Below, piece by piece: positions 1 to 8,927 of a stretch of 32,000 nt of DNA. The DNA is from Delftia acidovorans NBRC 14950 (lineage in GTDB: Bacteria > Pseudomonadota > Gammaproteobacteria > Burkholderiales > Burkholderiaceae_C), in the NCBI RefSeq assembly GCF_001598795.1, contig NZ_BCZP01000011.1:120001-152000 (forward strand). The letters are read 5' to 3'. Position numbers and translations under genes: made by a program. Below the pieces are notes generated by a model that was given only the letters and a program-made list of their open reading frames with translations, did not search any database and was not told the DNA's origin. Every line of letters starts with the position of its first letter. Positions within the stretch are counted from its first letter, which is position 1.

Positions 1-458
1 AAGGCGTGCTCGACGCCATGGCCGCCAAGGTCTACCGCCTGGGCCACAGCGCGGGCGCGGGCAGCAAGGTCAAGATCATCAACCAGCTGCTGGCCGGCGT
101 GCACATTGCCGCAGCGGCCGAGGCCATGGCCCTGGGCCTGCGCGAAGGCGTCGATGCCGCCGCGCTCTACGAGGTCATCACCCACAGCGCCGGCAACAGC
201 TGGATGTTCGAGAACCGCATGGCCCACGTGCTGGCCGGCGACTACACCCCGCTGTCGGCCGTGGACATCTTCGTCAAGGACCTGGGCCTGGTGCTGGACA
301 CCGCGCGCCACAGCAAATTCCCGCTGCCCCTGGCCTCCACGGCCCACCAGATGTTCATGCAGGCATCCACCGCCGGCCATGGCCGCGAGGACGACAGCGC
401 CGTCATCAAGATCTTCCCGGGCATCACCCTGCCCCAGGCCTCATCGGAATCCCCATGA
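1..458 (+). CDS. ltnD: 3' part of an NAD-dependent beta-hydroxyacid dehydrogenase (3-hydroxyisobutyrate/6PGDH C-terminal family), probably L-threonate dehydrogenase. The 5' end lies outside the window.
   Basis: The frame is open from the window edge. The motif [28 protein letters not shown] is typical of this family. The stop overlaps the next start (ATGA at 455-458). It is followed by otnK- and otnI-like genes. Confidence 0.65.
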   Translation, partial: GVLDAMAAKVYRLGHSAGAGSKVKIINQLLAGVHIAAAAEAMALGLREGVDAAALYEVITHSAGNSWMFENRMAHVLAGDYTPLSAVDIFVKDLGLVLDTARHSKFPLPLASTAHQMFMQASTAGHGREDDSAVIKIFPGITLPQASSESP

Positions 459-1738
459 CCCTTCTTCTGGGCTGCATAGCCGACGACTTCACGGGCGCCA
501 CCGATCTGGCGAACAACCTGGTGCGCGCAGGCATGCGCGTGGTGCAAAGCATTGGCGTGCCTGCCGGCCCGGTGGACGAGGGCGTGGACGCCGTCGTTGT
601 CGCGCTCAAGTCGCGCACCATCGCGCCGGCCGATGCCATTGCGCAATCGCTGCAGGCCCTCGAATGGCTGCAGGCCCAGGGCGCCAATGGCCGCGCGCCG
701 CAGATCTACTTCAAGTACTGCTCCACCTTCGACAGCACGCCGCAGGGCAACATCGGCCCCGTGACCGATGCGCTGATGGACGCGCTGGGCTGTGGCTTCA
801 CCATCGCCACGCCGGCCTTCCCCGACAACCAGCGCACCGTCTTCAAGGGCCACCTGTTCGTGGGCGATGTGCTGCTCAGCGACAGCGGCATGCGCAACCA
901 CCCGCTCACCCCCATGACCGATGCCAACCTGGTGCGCGTGCTGCAGGCGCAGACACGGCGCAAGGTGGGGCTGATCGACCATGTGGCCGTCGCGCAGGGC
1001 GAGGCCGCCATCCGCGCGCGCATCGCCGCACTCCAGGCCGAGGGCGTGGGCATGGCCGTGGTCGATGCCGTATCCAACGACGACCTGCTGCGCCTGGGGC
1101 CGGTGCTGGCCGGCATGCCCCTGGTCACGGCCGGCTCGGGCGTTGCCATCGGCCTGCCCGCGAACTTCGGCATCCAGCCCACGGCCCAGGCCGCTGCCCT
1201 GCCAACCGCCACCGGCCTGCAGGCGGTCGTCTCGGGCAGTTGCTCGGTGGCCACCAATGCACAGGTGGCGCACTTCATCGCCTCGGGCCGCCCTGCCCTG
1301 GCGCTGGAGCCCCTGCGCATCGCCGCCGGCGAGGACGAAGCCGGCAAGGCCCTGGCCTGGGCCCGCCAGCACATCGCCAGCGGCCCCGTGCTGATCTACT
1401 CCACCGCCGAATCCGCGGCCGTCAAGGCCGTGCAGGGCCGCCTGGGCGTGGAGCAGGCCGGCGCACTGGTCGAACAGACCATCGCCGCCATCGCCCGGGG
1501 GCTGGTCGAGATGGGCGTGCGCCAGCTCGTCGTGGCCGGCGGAGAAACCTCGGGCGCCTGCGTGCAGGCGCTGGGCATCGAGCAGATGCGCATAGGGCCG
1601 CAGATCGACCCTGGCGTGCCCTGGTGCCATGCCGCCTCGCTCCTGGCGCCGCAGGGCCTGCACCTCACGCTCAAGTCCGGCAACTTCGGCACCACGGACT
1701 TCTTCACCAAGGCCTTCGGCGCGTTGCAGCGCGCCTGA
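455..1738 (+). CDS. otnK: Four-carbon acid sugar kinase (DUF1537/YgbK family), 3-oxo-tetronate kinase-like
   Basis: 427-aa ORF. The N-terminus [18 protein letters not shown] and C-terminal SGNFG are characteristic of the family. It is translationally coupled to the upstream dehydrogenase. Confidence 0.85.
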   Translation: MTLLLGCIADDFTGATDLANNLVRAGMRVVQSIGVPAGPVDEGVDAVVVALKSRTIAPADAIAQSLQALEWLQAQGANGRAPQIYFKYCSTFDSTPQGNIGPVTDALMDALGCGFTIATPAFPDNQRTVFKGHLFVGDVLLSDSGMRNHPLTPMTDANLVRVLQAQTRRKVGLIDHVAVAQGEAAIRARIAALQAEGVGMAVVDAVSNDDLLRLGPVLAGMPLVTAGSGVAIGLPANFGIQPTAQAAALPTATGLQAVVSGSCSVATNAQVAHFIASGRPALALEPLRIAAGEDEAGKALAWARQHIASGPVLIYSTAESAAVKAVQGRLGVEQAGALVEQTIAAIARGLVEMGVRQLVVAGGETSGACVQALGIEQMRIGPQIDPGVPWCHAASLLAPQGLHLTLKSGNFGTTDFFTKAFGALQRA

Positions 1739-1773
1739 TGCCACACTCAGCCTCCGTTTTCAGGAAAGCTTTC

Positions 1774-2571
1774 ATGCCCCGTTTCGCCGCCAACCTGTCC
1801 ATGCTCTACAACGACCTGGACTTTCTTGACCGCTTCGAGGCCGCCGCGCGCGACGGCTTCCAGGCCGTCGAATACCTGTTTCCCTACGACTTTGCCCCCG
1901 AGCAACTGGCCCGCCGCCTGCAGGACCACGGCCTGCAGCAGGTGCTGTTCAACGCCCCGCCCGGCGACTGGAACGCGGGCGAGCGCGGCCTGGCCTGCAT
2001 CCCCGGGCGCGAGGCGGAATTTGCCCAGGGAATGGAACGCGCCATCGCCTATGCCCGGGCCCTGGGCTGCCCGCGCATCCACGTCATGGCCGGGCTCAAG
2101 CCCGCAGGCGCCAGCGATGACATCCTGCGCGCCACCTACATCGCCAACGTGCGCCATGCCGCACGGCTGGCCGCGCCCCACGGCATCGCCATCCTGCTGG
2201 AGCCCATCAACGGCCGGGACATGCCAGGCTTCTTCCTGAGCCGCCAGGACCAGGCCCACGCGCTGCTGGCCGACATCGCAGAGTCCAACGTCCAGGTCCA
2301 GATGGACCTCTACCACTGCCAGATCGTCGAGGGAGACCTCGCCATGAAGATCCGCCAGTACCTGCCCACGGGCCGCGTGGGGCATGTGCAGATCGCAGGC
2401 GTGCCCGAACGCCACGAACCCGACGTGGGCGAGGTCAACTACCCCTACCTGTTCCGCCTGCTGGACCAGCTGGGCTACGACGGCTGGATAGGCTGCGAAT
2501 ACCGCCCCGCGCGCGGCGCGGCGGCGCACGCTACCAGCGAGGGGCTGGGGTGGATGAAGGAGTGGCTGTAG
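1774..2571 (+). CDS. otnI: Hydroxypyruvate isomerase-family TIM-barrel protein, 2-oxo-tetronate isomerase-like
   Basis: In-frame ATG at 1774 inside the long shadow ORF 106..2571. The product starts [15 protein letters not shown]... (Hyi/OtnI signature) and is 265 aa. Confidence 0.85.
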   Translation: MPRFAANLSMLYNDLDFLDRFEAAARDGFQAVEYLFPYDFAPEQLARRLQDHGLQQVLFNAPPGDWNAGERGLACIPGREAEFAQGMERAIAYARALGCPRIHVMAGLKPAGASDDILRATYIANVRHAARLAAPHGIAILLEPINGRDMPGFFLSRQDQAHALLADIAESNVQVQMDLYHCQIVEGDLAMKIRQYLPTGRVGHVQIAGVPERHEPDVGEVNYPYLFRLLDQLGYDGWIGCEYRPARGAAAHATSEGLGWMKEWL

Positions 2572-2656
2572 CTGTAGCGTCTGCTGCGGCAGCCCGTCAT
2601 CCGCCAGGCACGGGAGGATGGGGCGGATAGCTGTCCTGCGTATCCGCCGCCTGCGT

Positions 2657-3028
2657 TCAGGAATATTCCAGATCGCTGTGCTTGCCGACCACCAGCCGGC
2701 CGGCCGACAGTGACATCATCAGCAGCGCAATCGCCTCATGCATGATCAGCGTGTGCGTGTTGCCGGTCTCCACCATCTTGCTGCGCAGCGATTCGCGCAC
2801 CTGCAGCGAGCCAGTCACGTCGATGATGATGTCCACCGCCGCGTCCACCAGTTCCATGAACCGGGTGGTGACCGGCACGCCGCGCGCGCGTGCCAGTGCG
2901 ATGCCGGGCTGGTTCAAATCCAGGTCGGCCACCCCAAGCAACTGCACGAAGGGCGCGTCCAGCAATTGCTGCAGCAAGGGAGTGCCGGTCTGCCCCGCAC
3001 CAATGACCACGATCCGGAAGGCTTGCAT
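2657..3028 (-). CDS. Small (123 aa) stand-alone Rossmann-fold NAD(P)-binding protein, function unknown
   Basis: ATG at 3028 with AAGGA 9-13 nt upstream. The product begins MQAFRIVVIGAGQTGTPLL (GxGxxG immediately after the start). It resembles the N-terminal dinucleotide-binding domain of acetaldehyde/semialdehyde dehydrogenases but has no catalytic domain. Confidence 0.7.
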   Translation of the reverse strand: MQAFRIVVIGAGQTGTPLLQQLLDAPFVQLLGVADLDLNQPGIALARARGVPVTTRFMELVDAAVDIIIDVTGSLQVRESLRSKMVETGNTHTLIMHEAIALLMMSLSAGRLVVGKHSDLEYS

Positions 3029-3288
3029 GGGATGAATCCTTTTTCCATATGGGAAGTACGGCGCCATCATAGAAATGCCTTGCCGGTGCGCGCCGGTCCG
3101 GGACAGGTGGAATGGGTTTGTATGACCCAGATCAAATCCGGCGGACAGGGGCGTGGTGGCGGGCCAGGTCTCAGCAGGGACCACACCACAGGCTGCTGAC
3201 GCGGGAGCCTGCATTCCAGAGAGTGCAGGGCCTGAACGTGGTGCTTCTGGCCTGAATGCAGCTGCCGGTGCCGCCTGCATTCGCCCAC

Positions 3289-3326
3289 AAAAAAACCCGC
3301 CGGCTTCGTGGCCCGGCGGGTTTTCT
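3289..3326 (-). terminator. Rho-independent (bidirectional-looking) terminator after the secreted-protein gene
   Basis: Sequence AAAAAAA-CCCGCCGG-cttcgtgg-(C)CCGGCGGG-TTTT. On the minus strand the stem is followed by a 7-T run, about 24 nt after the stop at 3350. Confidence 0.8.
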
Positions 3327-3349
3327 CAGGTGAACAACAGCCAGCGCTG

Positions 3350-3781
3350 TTATTGCCTTACAGGAACCTGTTCCGTGTACTCGCGCAGCACGCCGCCGCC
3401 TTCGACGGAGCCGCTGACCTGGCCGTCCTTGACGCGCTCCACGCAGGAGCGGCGGTCGCCTTCGTTCTTGAAGACATCGCAGCGGGCCACGGCATTGCGC
3501 TGGAAGTGGTCGCCCGACTGGACGCCGCCTCGGCGCGATTGCTCCTGGACGGCTGCAGCCTCGTGCTGGGCAGGGTCGCGGCGGTCATAGCCGCGCTTGG
3601 CGGGCCCCTTGGGCTCGGCGTGCTTCTTGTGGTGGTGATGGGGCTTGGCCTTTTCCGCAGCGGGCGGCGGGGGCGGCATGCCATCGGGGCCAGGGGCGGG
3701 CTGGGCAGTGGCCAGTCCGGCCATGCCAAGCACGGCGGCGCCAATACACAGCTGCAGGGGACGAATCCATGGGTTCTTCAT
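3350..3781 (-). CDS. Small secreted protein (143 aa) with a Pro-rich and His-rich segment; hypothetical
   Basis: ATG at 3781 preceded by GGAG. Signal-peptide-like N-terminus MKNPWIRPLQLCIGAAVLGMAGLATA/Q. Contains PPPPPAAEKAKPHHHHKKH and a C-terminal Cys pair (CDVFKNEGDRRSC). Confidence 0.7.
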   Translation of the reverse strand: MKNPWIRPLQLCIGAAVLGMAGLATAQPAPGPDGMPPPPPAAEKAKPHHHHKKHAEPKGPAKRGYDRRDPAQHEAAAVQEQSRRGGVQSGDHFQRNAVARCDVFKNEGDRRSCVERVKDGQVSGSVEGGGVLREYTEQVPVRQ

Positions 3782-3924
3782 AGCTTCACTCCATTCCTCG
3801 TGAAAAAAGTCAAGGCCCAAGCATGCGTGTTTTCCAGCTCCCCATTTATCGGTACAGCGCGGCTGCGCATGCAGGCCATGGCCTACAGCTTGCCGTGCCC
3901 CCTGCAAGCGGCCCCTGACCTGGG

Positions 3925-5430
3925 TCAAGCCTGGTGCGCAAACCAGCGCTGCACGCCTTCGGCCATGCGCGCGAAGACGCTGTCCAGCGTGGGCACCTCG
4001 GCGCCCCACAGGGCGCGCAGCACCTCGGCGTTCTCGAACAGGCCGTGCCAGTAGCAGCCCGCGATGCGGCCATCGGGGCTGTGCCACAGCAGGCCGGGCA
4101 CGGGCTCGGCCACGGCACTGCCAGCGGCCACCATGTCGGGGCGCACGCTGGTCTGGCCGTGGTGGATTTCATAGACCTGCGCCTGCACGCCAGACAGCGG
4201 CGCCAGCGCCCCCGGCAGCGGGGGCAGTTGCACGCTGGCGGGCAGCACGGTCTTGTCGGGCGCGAACAGGGTCGTCAGCGGCAGAAGGCCCAGGCCGGCT
4301 GCGTTGCCGTCCACGCCATGCAGGTCGATCAGCGCCTCGCCCAGCATCTGCAGGCCGCCGCAGATGCCCAGCACCTGCCGGCCTGCCGCAGCGTGTGCAG
4401 CAACGGCAGCATCCAGGCCCTGGGAACGCATCCAGGCCAGGTCGGCAGCCGTGGCCTTGGAGCCGGGCAGGATGATCCAGTCGGCGCCTGCCAGCTGGGC
4501 CGGCGTGCGCGCCCAGACCACGCGCAAACCCGGCACCTGCAGCAGGGGCTGGAATTCGTCGAGGTTGCTGATGCGCGGGTAGGCAATGATGGCGATGGTG
4601 GTGTGCACGGCGCGCCCCGCCCCTCCTCCAGAGCCACGGTCGTCAAAGACGCCATCCTCCTCCGGCAGGCCATGCTGGAACTGCATGGGGATGGTGGCCA
4701 CGGTGGGCACGCCGGTGCGCTCCTGCAGCATCTGCGGGGCGGGCGCCAACAGGCTGGCGTCGCCCCGGAATTTGTTGAGCACGAAGCCGCGGATCAGCGC
4801 CTGTTCTTCCGGCGGCAGCAGGGCCCAGGTGCCGTAGAGGTGGGCAAAGGCGCCGCCCCGGTCGATGTCGGACACCAGCAGGCAATGCGCGCCGCAGTGG
4901 CGCGCCACGCGCATGTTGACGACGTCGCTGGCATGCAGGTTGATTTCTGCGGGGGAGCCGGCGCCTTCGATGACGACCACATCGTTGTCGGCGCGCAGGC
5001 TGTCCAGCGCCTCGGCGATCTGCGGCCAGACGCGGGCGCTGCGGCCGCGCCAGGGCAAGGCCGAGAGTTCCTCGCTGACCCGGCCCAGCAGCACGACTTG
5101 GCTGCGCATGTCGGCCTCGGGCTTGAGCAGCAGCGGGTTCATGCGCACATCGGGCGCGCAGCCTGCGGCCAGGGCCTGCAGGTACTGTGCCGTGCCGATC
5201 TCGCCCCAGGCACCACCCGGCGCGGAGACCACCCGCGCGTTGTTGCTCATGTTCTGAGCCTTGAAGGGCGCCACCTTGTAGCCCTGGGCGCGGTACCAGG
5301 CGCACAGCGCGGTGGCGACCCAGCTCTTGCCGGCGCCGCTGCTGGTGCCCAGCACCATCACGCACAGCGCAGGGCGCTGGCTGGGGGTGGGCAGGGGCAG
5401 ATTCACGGCAGCGGGTTCATTCGATTGCAT
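3925..5430 (-). CDS. cobQ: Cobyric acid synthase
   Basis: ATG at 5430 with GGAGAAACACC upstream. Contains GTSSGAGKS (P-loop) and a GATase-like ICGGLQMLG nucleophile motif. 501 aa. Confidence 0.9.
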   Translation of the reverse strand: MQSNEPAAVNLPLPTPSQRPALCVMVLGTSSGAGKSWVATALCAWYRAQGYKVAPFKAQNMSNNARVVSAPGGAWGEIGTAQYLQALAAGCAPDVRMNPLLLKPEADMRSQVVLLGRVSEELSALPWRGRSARVWPQIAEALDSLRADNDVVVIEGAGSPAEINLHASDVVNMRVARHCGAHCLLVSDIDRGGAFAHLYGTWALLPPEEQALIRGFVLNKFRGDASLLAPAPQMLQERTGVPTVATIPMQFQHGLPEEDGVFDDRGSGGGAGRAVHTTIAIIAYPRISNLDEFQPLLQVPGLRVVWARTPAQLAGADWIILPGSKATAADLAWMRSQGLDAAVAAHAAAGRQVLGICGGLQMLGEALIDLHGVDGNAAGLGLLPLTTLFAPDKTVLPASVQLPPLPGALAPLSGVQAQVYEIHHGQTSVRPDMVAAGSAVAEPVPGLLWHSPDGRIAGCYWHGLFENAEVLRALWGAEVPTLDSVFARMAEGVQRWFAHQA

Positions 5431-6460
5431 GGTGTTTCTCCATTGGCTGCCAGGCGGCCAGCAATGCGTTCTGGGATGCAGGCGCCAGCACGCCCATGCG
5501 CACGCAGCCGGGCAGGCCGAAGCTGTCGCAGTCGCGCAGCTTGATGCCCTGCGCGCGCAGTTGGGCCATACGCGCCTGCATGGCGTCGCCCTGCTGGGCT
5601 TGCGGCCAGCGCGCCACAAAGTAATTGGCCTGCGAGCCGGGCAGTACCTGCCAGCCCAGGCGCTGCACCAGATCGATCTGTTGCGCCTTCCAATCGCGCA
5701 GCCGTTGCAGGCTTTGCGCCAGCCATTGCCGGGTGGCCGGTGCGGTCCAGGCGGTGAGCATGGCCTCGCCATGGGCGCCCACGGGCCAGGATGGTGCCAG
5801 GGCACGCAAGGCCTCGATCTCGTCGTGCGGCACGGCTTCGGGCGCAATGGCGTAGGCCGCGCGCACGCCGGTCATGCCCAGGGCCTTGTTGGGGGTCCAC
5901 ATCTGCCAGGCATCGCGCACCTGGGAGGGCACGGCGGGTTCCATGCCCGGCTCCAGTCTGAGGGGTGCATAGGCGCAGTCGATCACGCGCCAGGTGCCGG
6001 GCGGTGCGGGCTCGCTCCACAGGGGCCAGACGTCCTCGGGCTGGCCCAGCGGGCTCGATGGCGCGCAGGCCCAGTGCAGGCCGGGGCCGGCCTCGGTGAT
6101 GCCGTCGCGCGCGGCCAGGGGCAGGCGCCAGACCTGGGCCGCGTGGGCGTAGTCGCCGTAATGGTGTGCCGGCAGGCTGGCGACGGCCGCGCCTTCGCGC
6201 GCTGCATGCATGCTGATGCGGTGGATGAAGTCGCTGGCGCTGGCCGCGATGACGATGCGCCCGGCCGTAACGCCATGAAAGTCCGCCAGGCGCGCACGCA
6301 GCGCCGTGTACTGCGGGTCCGGGTACTGAGCCGCGTGGGCCTGGGCCAGCATGTCCAGCGCCTGCGGGCAGGGTCCGCAGGCATTGCGGTTGGTGGAGAA
6401 ATCGTGCGCGGGCACGCCCAGCGCATCCGTGCCACCGTGGGTGACTGGGATCGGTTTCAT
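5417..6460 (-). CDS. cobD: L-threonine-O-3-phosphate decarboxylase (class I/II aminotransferase fold)
   Basis: ATG at 6460 forms an ATGA overlap with the cbiB stop. PLP-lysine context TPNKALGMTGVRAAY. Position between cbiB and cobQ is typical. Confidence 0.8.
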   Translation of the reverse strand: MKPIPVTHGGTDALGVPAHDFSTNRNACGPCPQALDMLAQAHAAQYPDPQYTALRARLADFHGVTAGRIVIAASASDFIHRISMHAAREGAAVASLPAHHYGDYAHAAQVWRLPLAARDGITEAGPGLHWACAPSSPLGQPEDVWPLWSEPAPPGTWRVIDCAYAPLRLEPGMEPAVPSQVRDAWQMWTPNKALGMTGVRAAYAIAPEAVPHDEIEALRALAPSWPVGAHGEAMLTAWTAPATRQWLAQSLQRLRDWKAQQIDLVQRLGWQVLPGSQANYFVARWPQAQQGDAMQARMAQLRAQGIKLRDCDSFGLPGCVRMGVLAPASQNALLAAWQPMEKHHAIE

Positions 6461-7551
6461 GGTGTCTTTCCTGCCATCGCCCATCCAAGGACCAGGGCGG
6501 CGGCCAGCCCTGCAGCCACCAGCATGGCCACCACGCGGCCCGCATGCGCCACGGCCTGCTGCAGCTCGGCCGCCTGCGGCACGCGGCCTGCGGGGTTGAG
6601 CACATAGACGCCGGGCTTGCCCAGGCGCACGCCCAGCAGCCTTGCCATGGCGCCCATGGGCCAGCCGCCGTTGGGCGACGGGGTGATGCGCGCGTCCTGG
6701 CGCAGCGCACCCCAGCCCGGCCGCCGGCCAGCGGCCAGGCCGGACAAGGCCAGCAGCAAGGCGGTCAGGCGCGCCGGTATCCAGTTGAGCAGGTCATCGG
6801 CACGCGCAGTCCATTTGCCGGCCCATTGCCAGTGGCGCCGGTCATCGCCCTGCCCGCGCCAGCCCGGGTAGCCCCACATGGCATCGGCCGTATTGGCAAA
6901 GCGGTAGAGGGCCGCGCCCGGCAGGCCGGCCACGGCAAACCAGAGCAGCGGCGCCAGCACGGAGTCGCTGAGGTTCTCGGCCAGGGTCTCGATGGCGCTT
7001 TCGCGCACCTGGCCTGCGTCGAGCTGCGCCGTGTCCCGGCTGACCAGCCAGGTCAGCCGCTCGCGGCCTGAGGGCAGGGATTGCTGCAGCGCGGCTTCCA
7101 CGGCTAGCACCTCGTCGCGCAGCATGCGCCAGGACAAAAGCGGCTTGAGCAGCACGCCCAGCACCAGGGCGCCCAGCCACCAGGGCATGGGCGGCAGCAG
7201 CCACTGGATGAACGCGTAGATGGCGAAAAACAGCAGCGCCAGCAGGCACCAGGCGACGGCGCCCAGCGCAAAGCGTGGCCAGTCGCGCACATGTTCTTCG
7301 CGTGGGGCAATTCTTCGCCCAACCGCACCCAGCAGCCGGCCCATGGCGACCACGGGGTGCATCCACACGGGCGGCTCGCCCCAGAGCCGGTCGATCAGCA
7401 GGGCCACGGGAACGGCCAGCGCTGCGGCCAGGGCGTGGCGCGCCCAGGGTTCGGCTTGGACCTGGGCCTGCGGCTGCGACAGCGCCTGCCAGCACCACCA
7501 CAGCGGGCTGAGCGCGGCGCACAGCAGTTGCCAGGAAGGGCTGTCGCTCAT
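6457..7551 (-). CDS. cbiB: Adenosylcobinamide-phosphate synthase
   Basis: ATG at 7551 forms an ATGA overlap with the bluB stop. Polytopic membrane protein with LIDRLWGEPPVWMHPVVAMGRLL (CbiB/CobD signature). Confidence 0.88.
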   Translation of the reverse strand: MSDSPSWQLLCAALSPLWWCWQALSQPQAQVQAEPWARHALAAALAVPVALLIDRLWGEPPVWMHPVVAMGRLLGAVGRRIAPREEHVRDWPRFALGAVAWCLLALLFFAIYAFIQWLLPPMPWWLGALVLGVLLKPLLSWRMLRDEVLAVEAALQQSLPSGRERLTWLVSRDTAQLDAGQVRESAIETLAENLSDSVLAPLLWFAVAGLPGAALYRFANTADAMWGYPGWRGQGDDRRHWQWAGKWTARADDLLNWIPARLTALLLALSGLAAGRRPGWGALRQDARITPSPNGGWPMGAMARLLGVRLGKPGVYVLNPAGRVPQAAELQQAVAHAGRVVAMLVAAGLAAALVLGWAMAGKTP

Positions 7552-8255
7552 GCCTGCGGTTGTGGGCCGGCGGCGCGCTGGCCCCAGAAGTCGTCGTAGA
7601 GCATGTCCTGCAGCGGTGCGCGGCTGGCCCACTTTTGCTGCTGCAGCATGGGCTCGGCATAGTAGGCCGACACGGGGCCCAGGCACAGCACGGCCAGCGG
7701 CCGGCTGCCCACGGGCATTTGCAGCAGCGCGGCCAACACCTCGGGATCGAACAGCGAGACCCAGCCCAGCCCCAGCCCCTCGGCACGCGCGGCCAGCCAC
7801 AGGTTCTGGATGGCGCAGGCGGCCGAGGCCACGTCCATCTCCGGTAGGGTGCGCCGGCCGAAGACATGGGCCTCGCGCCCTGGCGGCATGGCCACGACCA
7901 GCACCTCGGCCGCATCCAGCACGCCCTGGACCTTGAGCTGCATGAAGTCTTCCTCGCGCTCGCCCAGCGCACGCGCGGTCTGCAGGCGTTCCTGCTCGAT
8001 CACGGCATGGATCTCCTGGCGCAATTGCGCATCGCGCACGCGGATGAAGCGCCAGGGCTGCATGAAGCCGACGCTGGGCGCATGGTGGGCGGCGCGCAGC
8101 AGGCGCAGCAGTACCTCGGGCGCGACTTCGCCGCCGCAGAAGTGGCGCATGTCGCGCCGCTCATGGATGGCGCGGTAGACGGCTGCCCGCTCGGCCTCGG
8201 CAAAGGGTTGGGCGGGAATGGTCTCTGGCGCCCGGGATTGCGTTTCGCTGCTCAT
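7548..8255 (-). CDS. bluB: 5,6-dimethylbenzimidazole synthase (nitroreductase superfamily)
   Basis: 235 aa. Contains RRDMRHF and PSVGFMQPWRFIRV motifs. Sits in a cob gene context. Confidence 0.85.
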   Translation of the reverse strand: MSSETQSRAPETIPAQPFAEAERAAVYRAIHERRDMRHFCGGEVAPEVLLRLLRAAHHAPSVGFMQPWRFIRVRDAQLRQEIHAVIEQERLQTARALGEREEDFMQLKVQGVLDAAEVLVVAMPPGREAHVFGRRTLPEMDVASAACAIQNLWLAARAEGLGLGWVSLFDPEVLAALLQMPVGSRPLAVLCLGPVSAYYAEPMLQQQKWASRAPLQDMLYDDFWGQRAAGPQPQA

Positions 8256-8294
8256 GCCGCCATTGTCCGCCGCAGGCCGGGCCTGCGGGCGGCA

Positions 8295-8864
8295 TCAGTC
8301 CTCAATACCACGCTGGGCGGGAATGCCGGCCTGGAAGGCGTGCTTGACCAGTTCCATGCGCGTGACGGTATCGGCCACGGCAATGATTTCCTCGGGGCAG
8401 CGGCGGCCCGTGAGCATGACGTGCACATGGCGCGGGCGGTCGGCCAGGGCCTGCAGCACAGGCTCCAGCGGCAGCCAGCCATAGATCAGCGGATAGGTGA
8501 TTTCGTCGAGCACGACCAGGAAGTGATCACCCGAGAGGATGGCGGTGCGCGCACGCTCCCAGCCTTCGCGCGCGATCTGGGCCGACCGCTCATGGTCCTG
8601 GCTCTTCCAGCTGAAGCCGTCGCCCAGGCCCTCGATGGGCATGCCCAGCTGCTCGAACATGCGGTGCTCGCCAAAGCGCGCGGTGGGCACCTTCATGAAC
8701 TGGAAGATCTTGACGGACTTGCCCCGGCCATGCGCGCGCAGGGCCAGGCCGAAGGCCGCCGTGCTCTTGCCCTTGCCGTCGCCGGTGTTCACCAGCACCA
8801 GGCCACGGCGTTCGCCTTCGGGCTTTTCATAGGGCTTTTCCGTCGGGGCCTGTTCGATCTGCAT
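8295..8864 (-). CDS. cobO: Cob(I)yrinic acid a,c-diamide adenosyltransferase
   Basis: ATG at 8864 with GAGGA upstream; the ORF track's longer start at 8906 is an alternative. Contains NTGDGKGKSTAAFG (P-loop) and FMKV motifs. Confidence 0.88.
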   Translation of the reverse strand: MQIEQAPTEKPYEKPEGERRGLVLVNTGDGKGKSTAAFGLALRAHGRGKSVKIFQFMKVPTARFGEHRMFEQLGMPIEGLGDGFSWKSQDHERSAQIAREGWERARTAILSGDHFLVVLDEITYPLIYGWLPLEPVLQALADRPRHVHVMLTGRRCPEEIIAVADTVTRMELVKHAFQAGIPAQRGIED

Positions 8865-8891
8865 GGGTCTGTCGTCCTCAAAAGTTGCACG

Positions 8892-8917
8892 CGCTGCGGC
8901 GGGCATGCGCCGCAGCG
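8892..8917 (-). other. Perfect 10-bp GC hairpin between the racemase-like gene and cobO (weak terminator or mRNA-processing/stability element)
   Basis: CGCTGCGGCG-ggcatg-CGCCGCAGCG. On the minus strand the TTTT run lies 8 nt after the stem, so this is not a canonical intrinsic terminator. Confidence 0.35.
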
Positions 8918-8927
8918 GAGCGCCACT

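Noticed and set aside
106-2571. An 821-aa ORF, plus many other long ORFs in the track (e.g. 242..1744 -, 3934..5544 +, 5312..6607 +, 7866..9599 +, 10510..11976 +, 14605..15753 +, 17137..18528 +, 21370..23127 +, 28453..29940 +).
   Set aside because: These are GC-driven shadow frames. Their translations are low-complexity Ala/Arg/Gly/Pro/His-rich strings without motifs. Each overlaps, in another frame or strand, a gene with clear family signatures. Only the last 265 codons of 106..2571 (from the ATG at 1774) are real (otnI).
2599-2648. ATCCGCC / GGCGGAT / ATCCGCC repeats between the convergent otnI and Rossmann-protein genes.
   Set aside because: These are short 7-nt complementary segments consistent with a weak convergent-terminator hairpin. 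There are no flanking repeats and no coding capacity to suggest a mobile or REP element.
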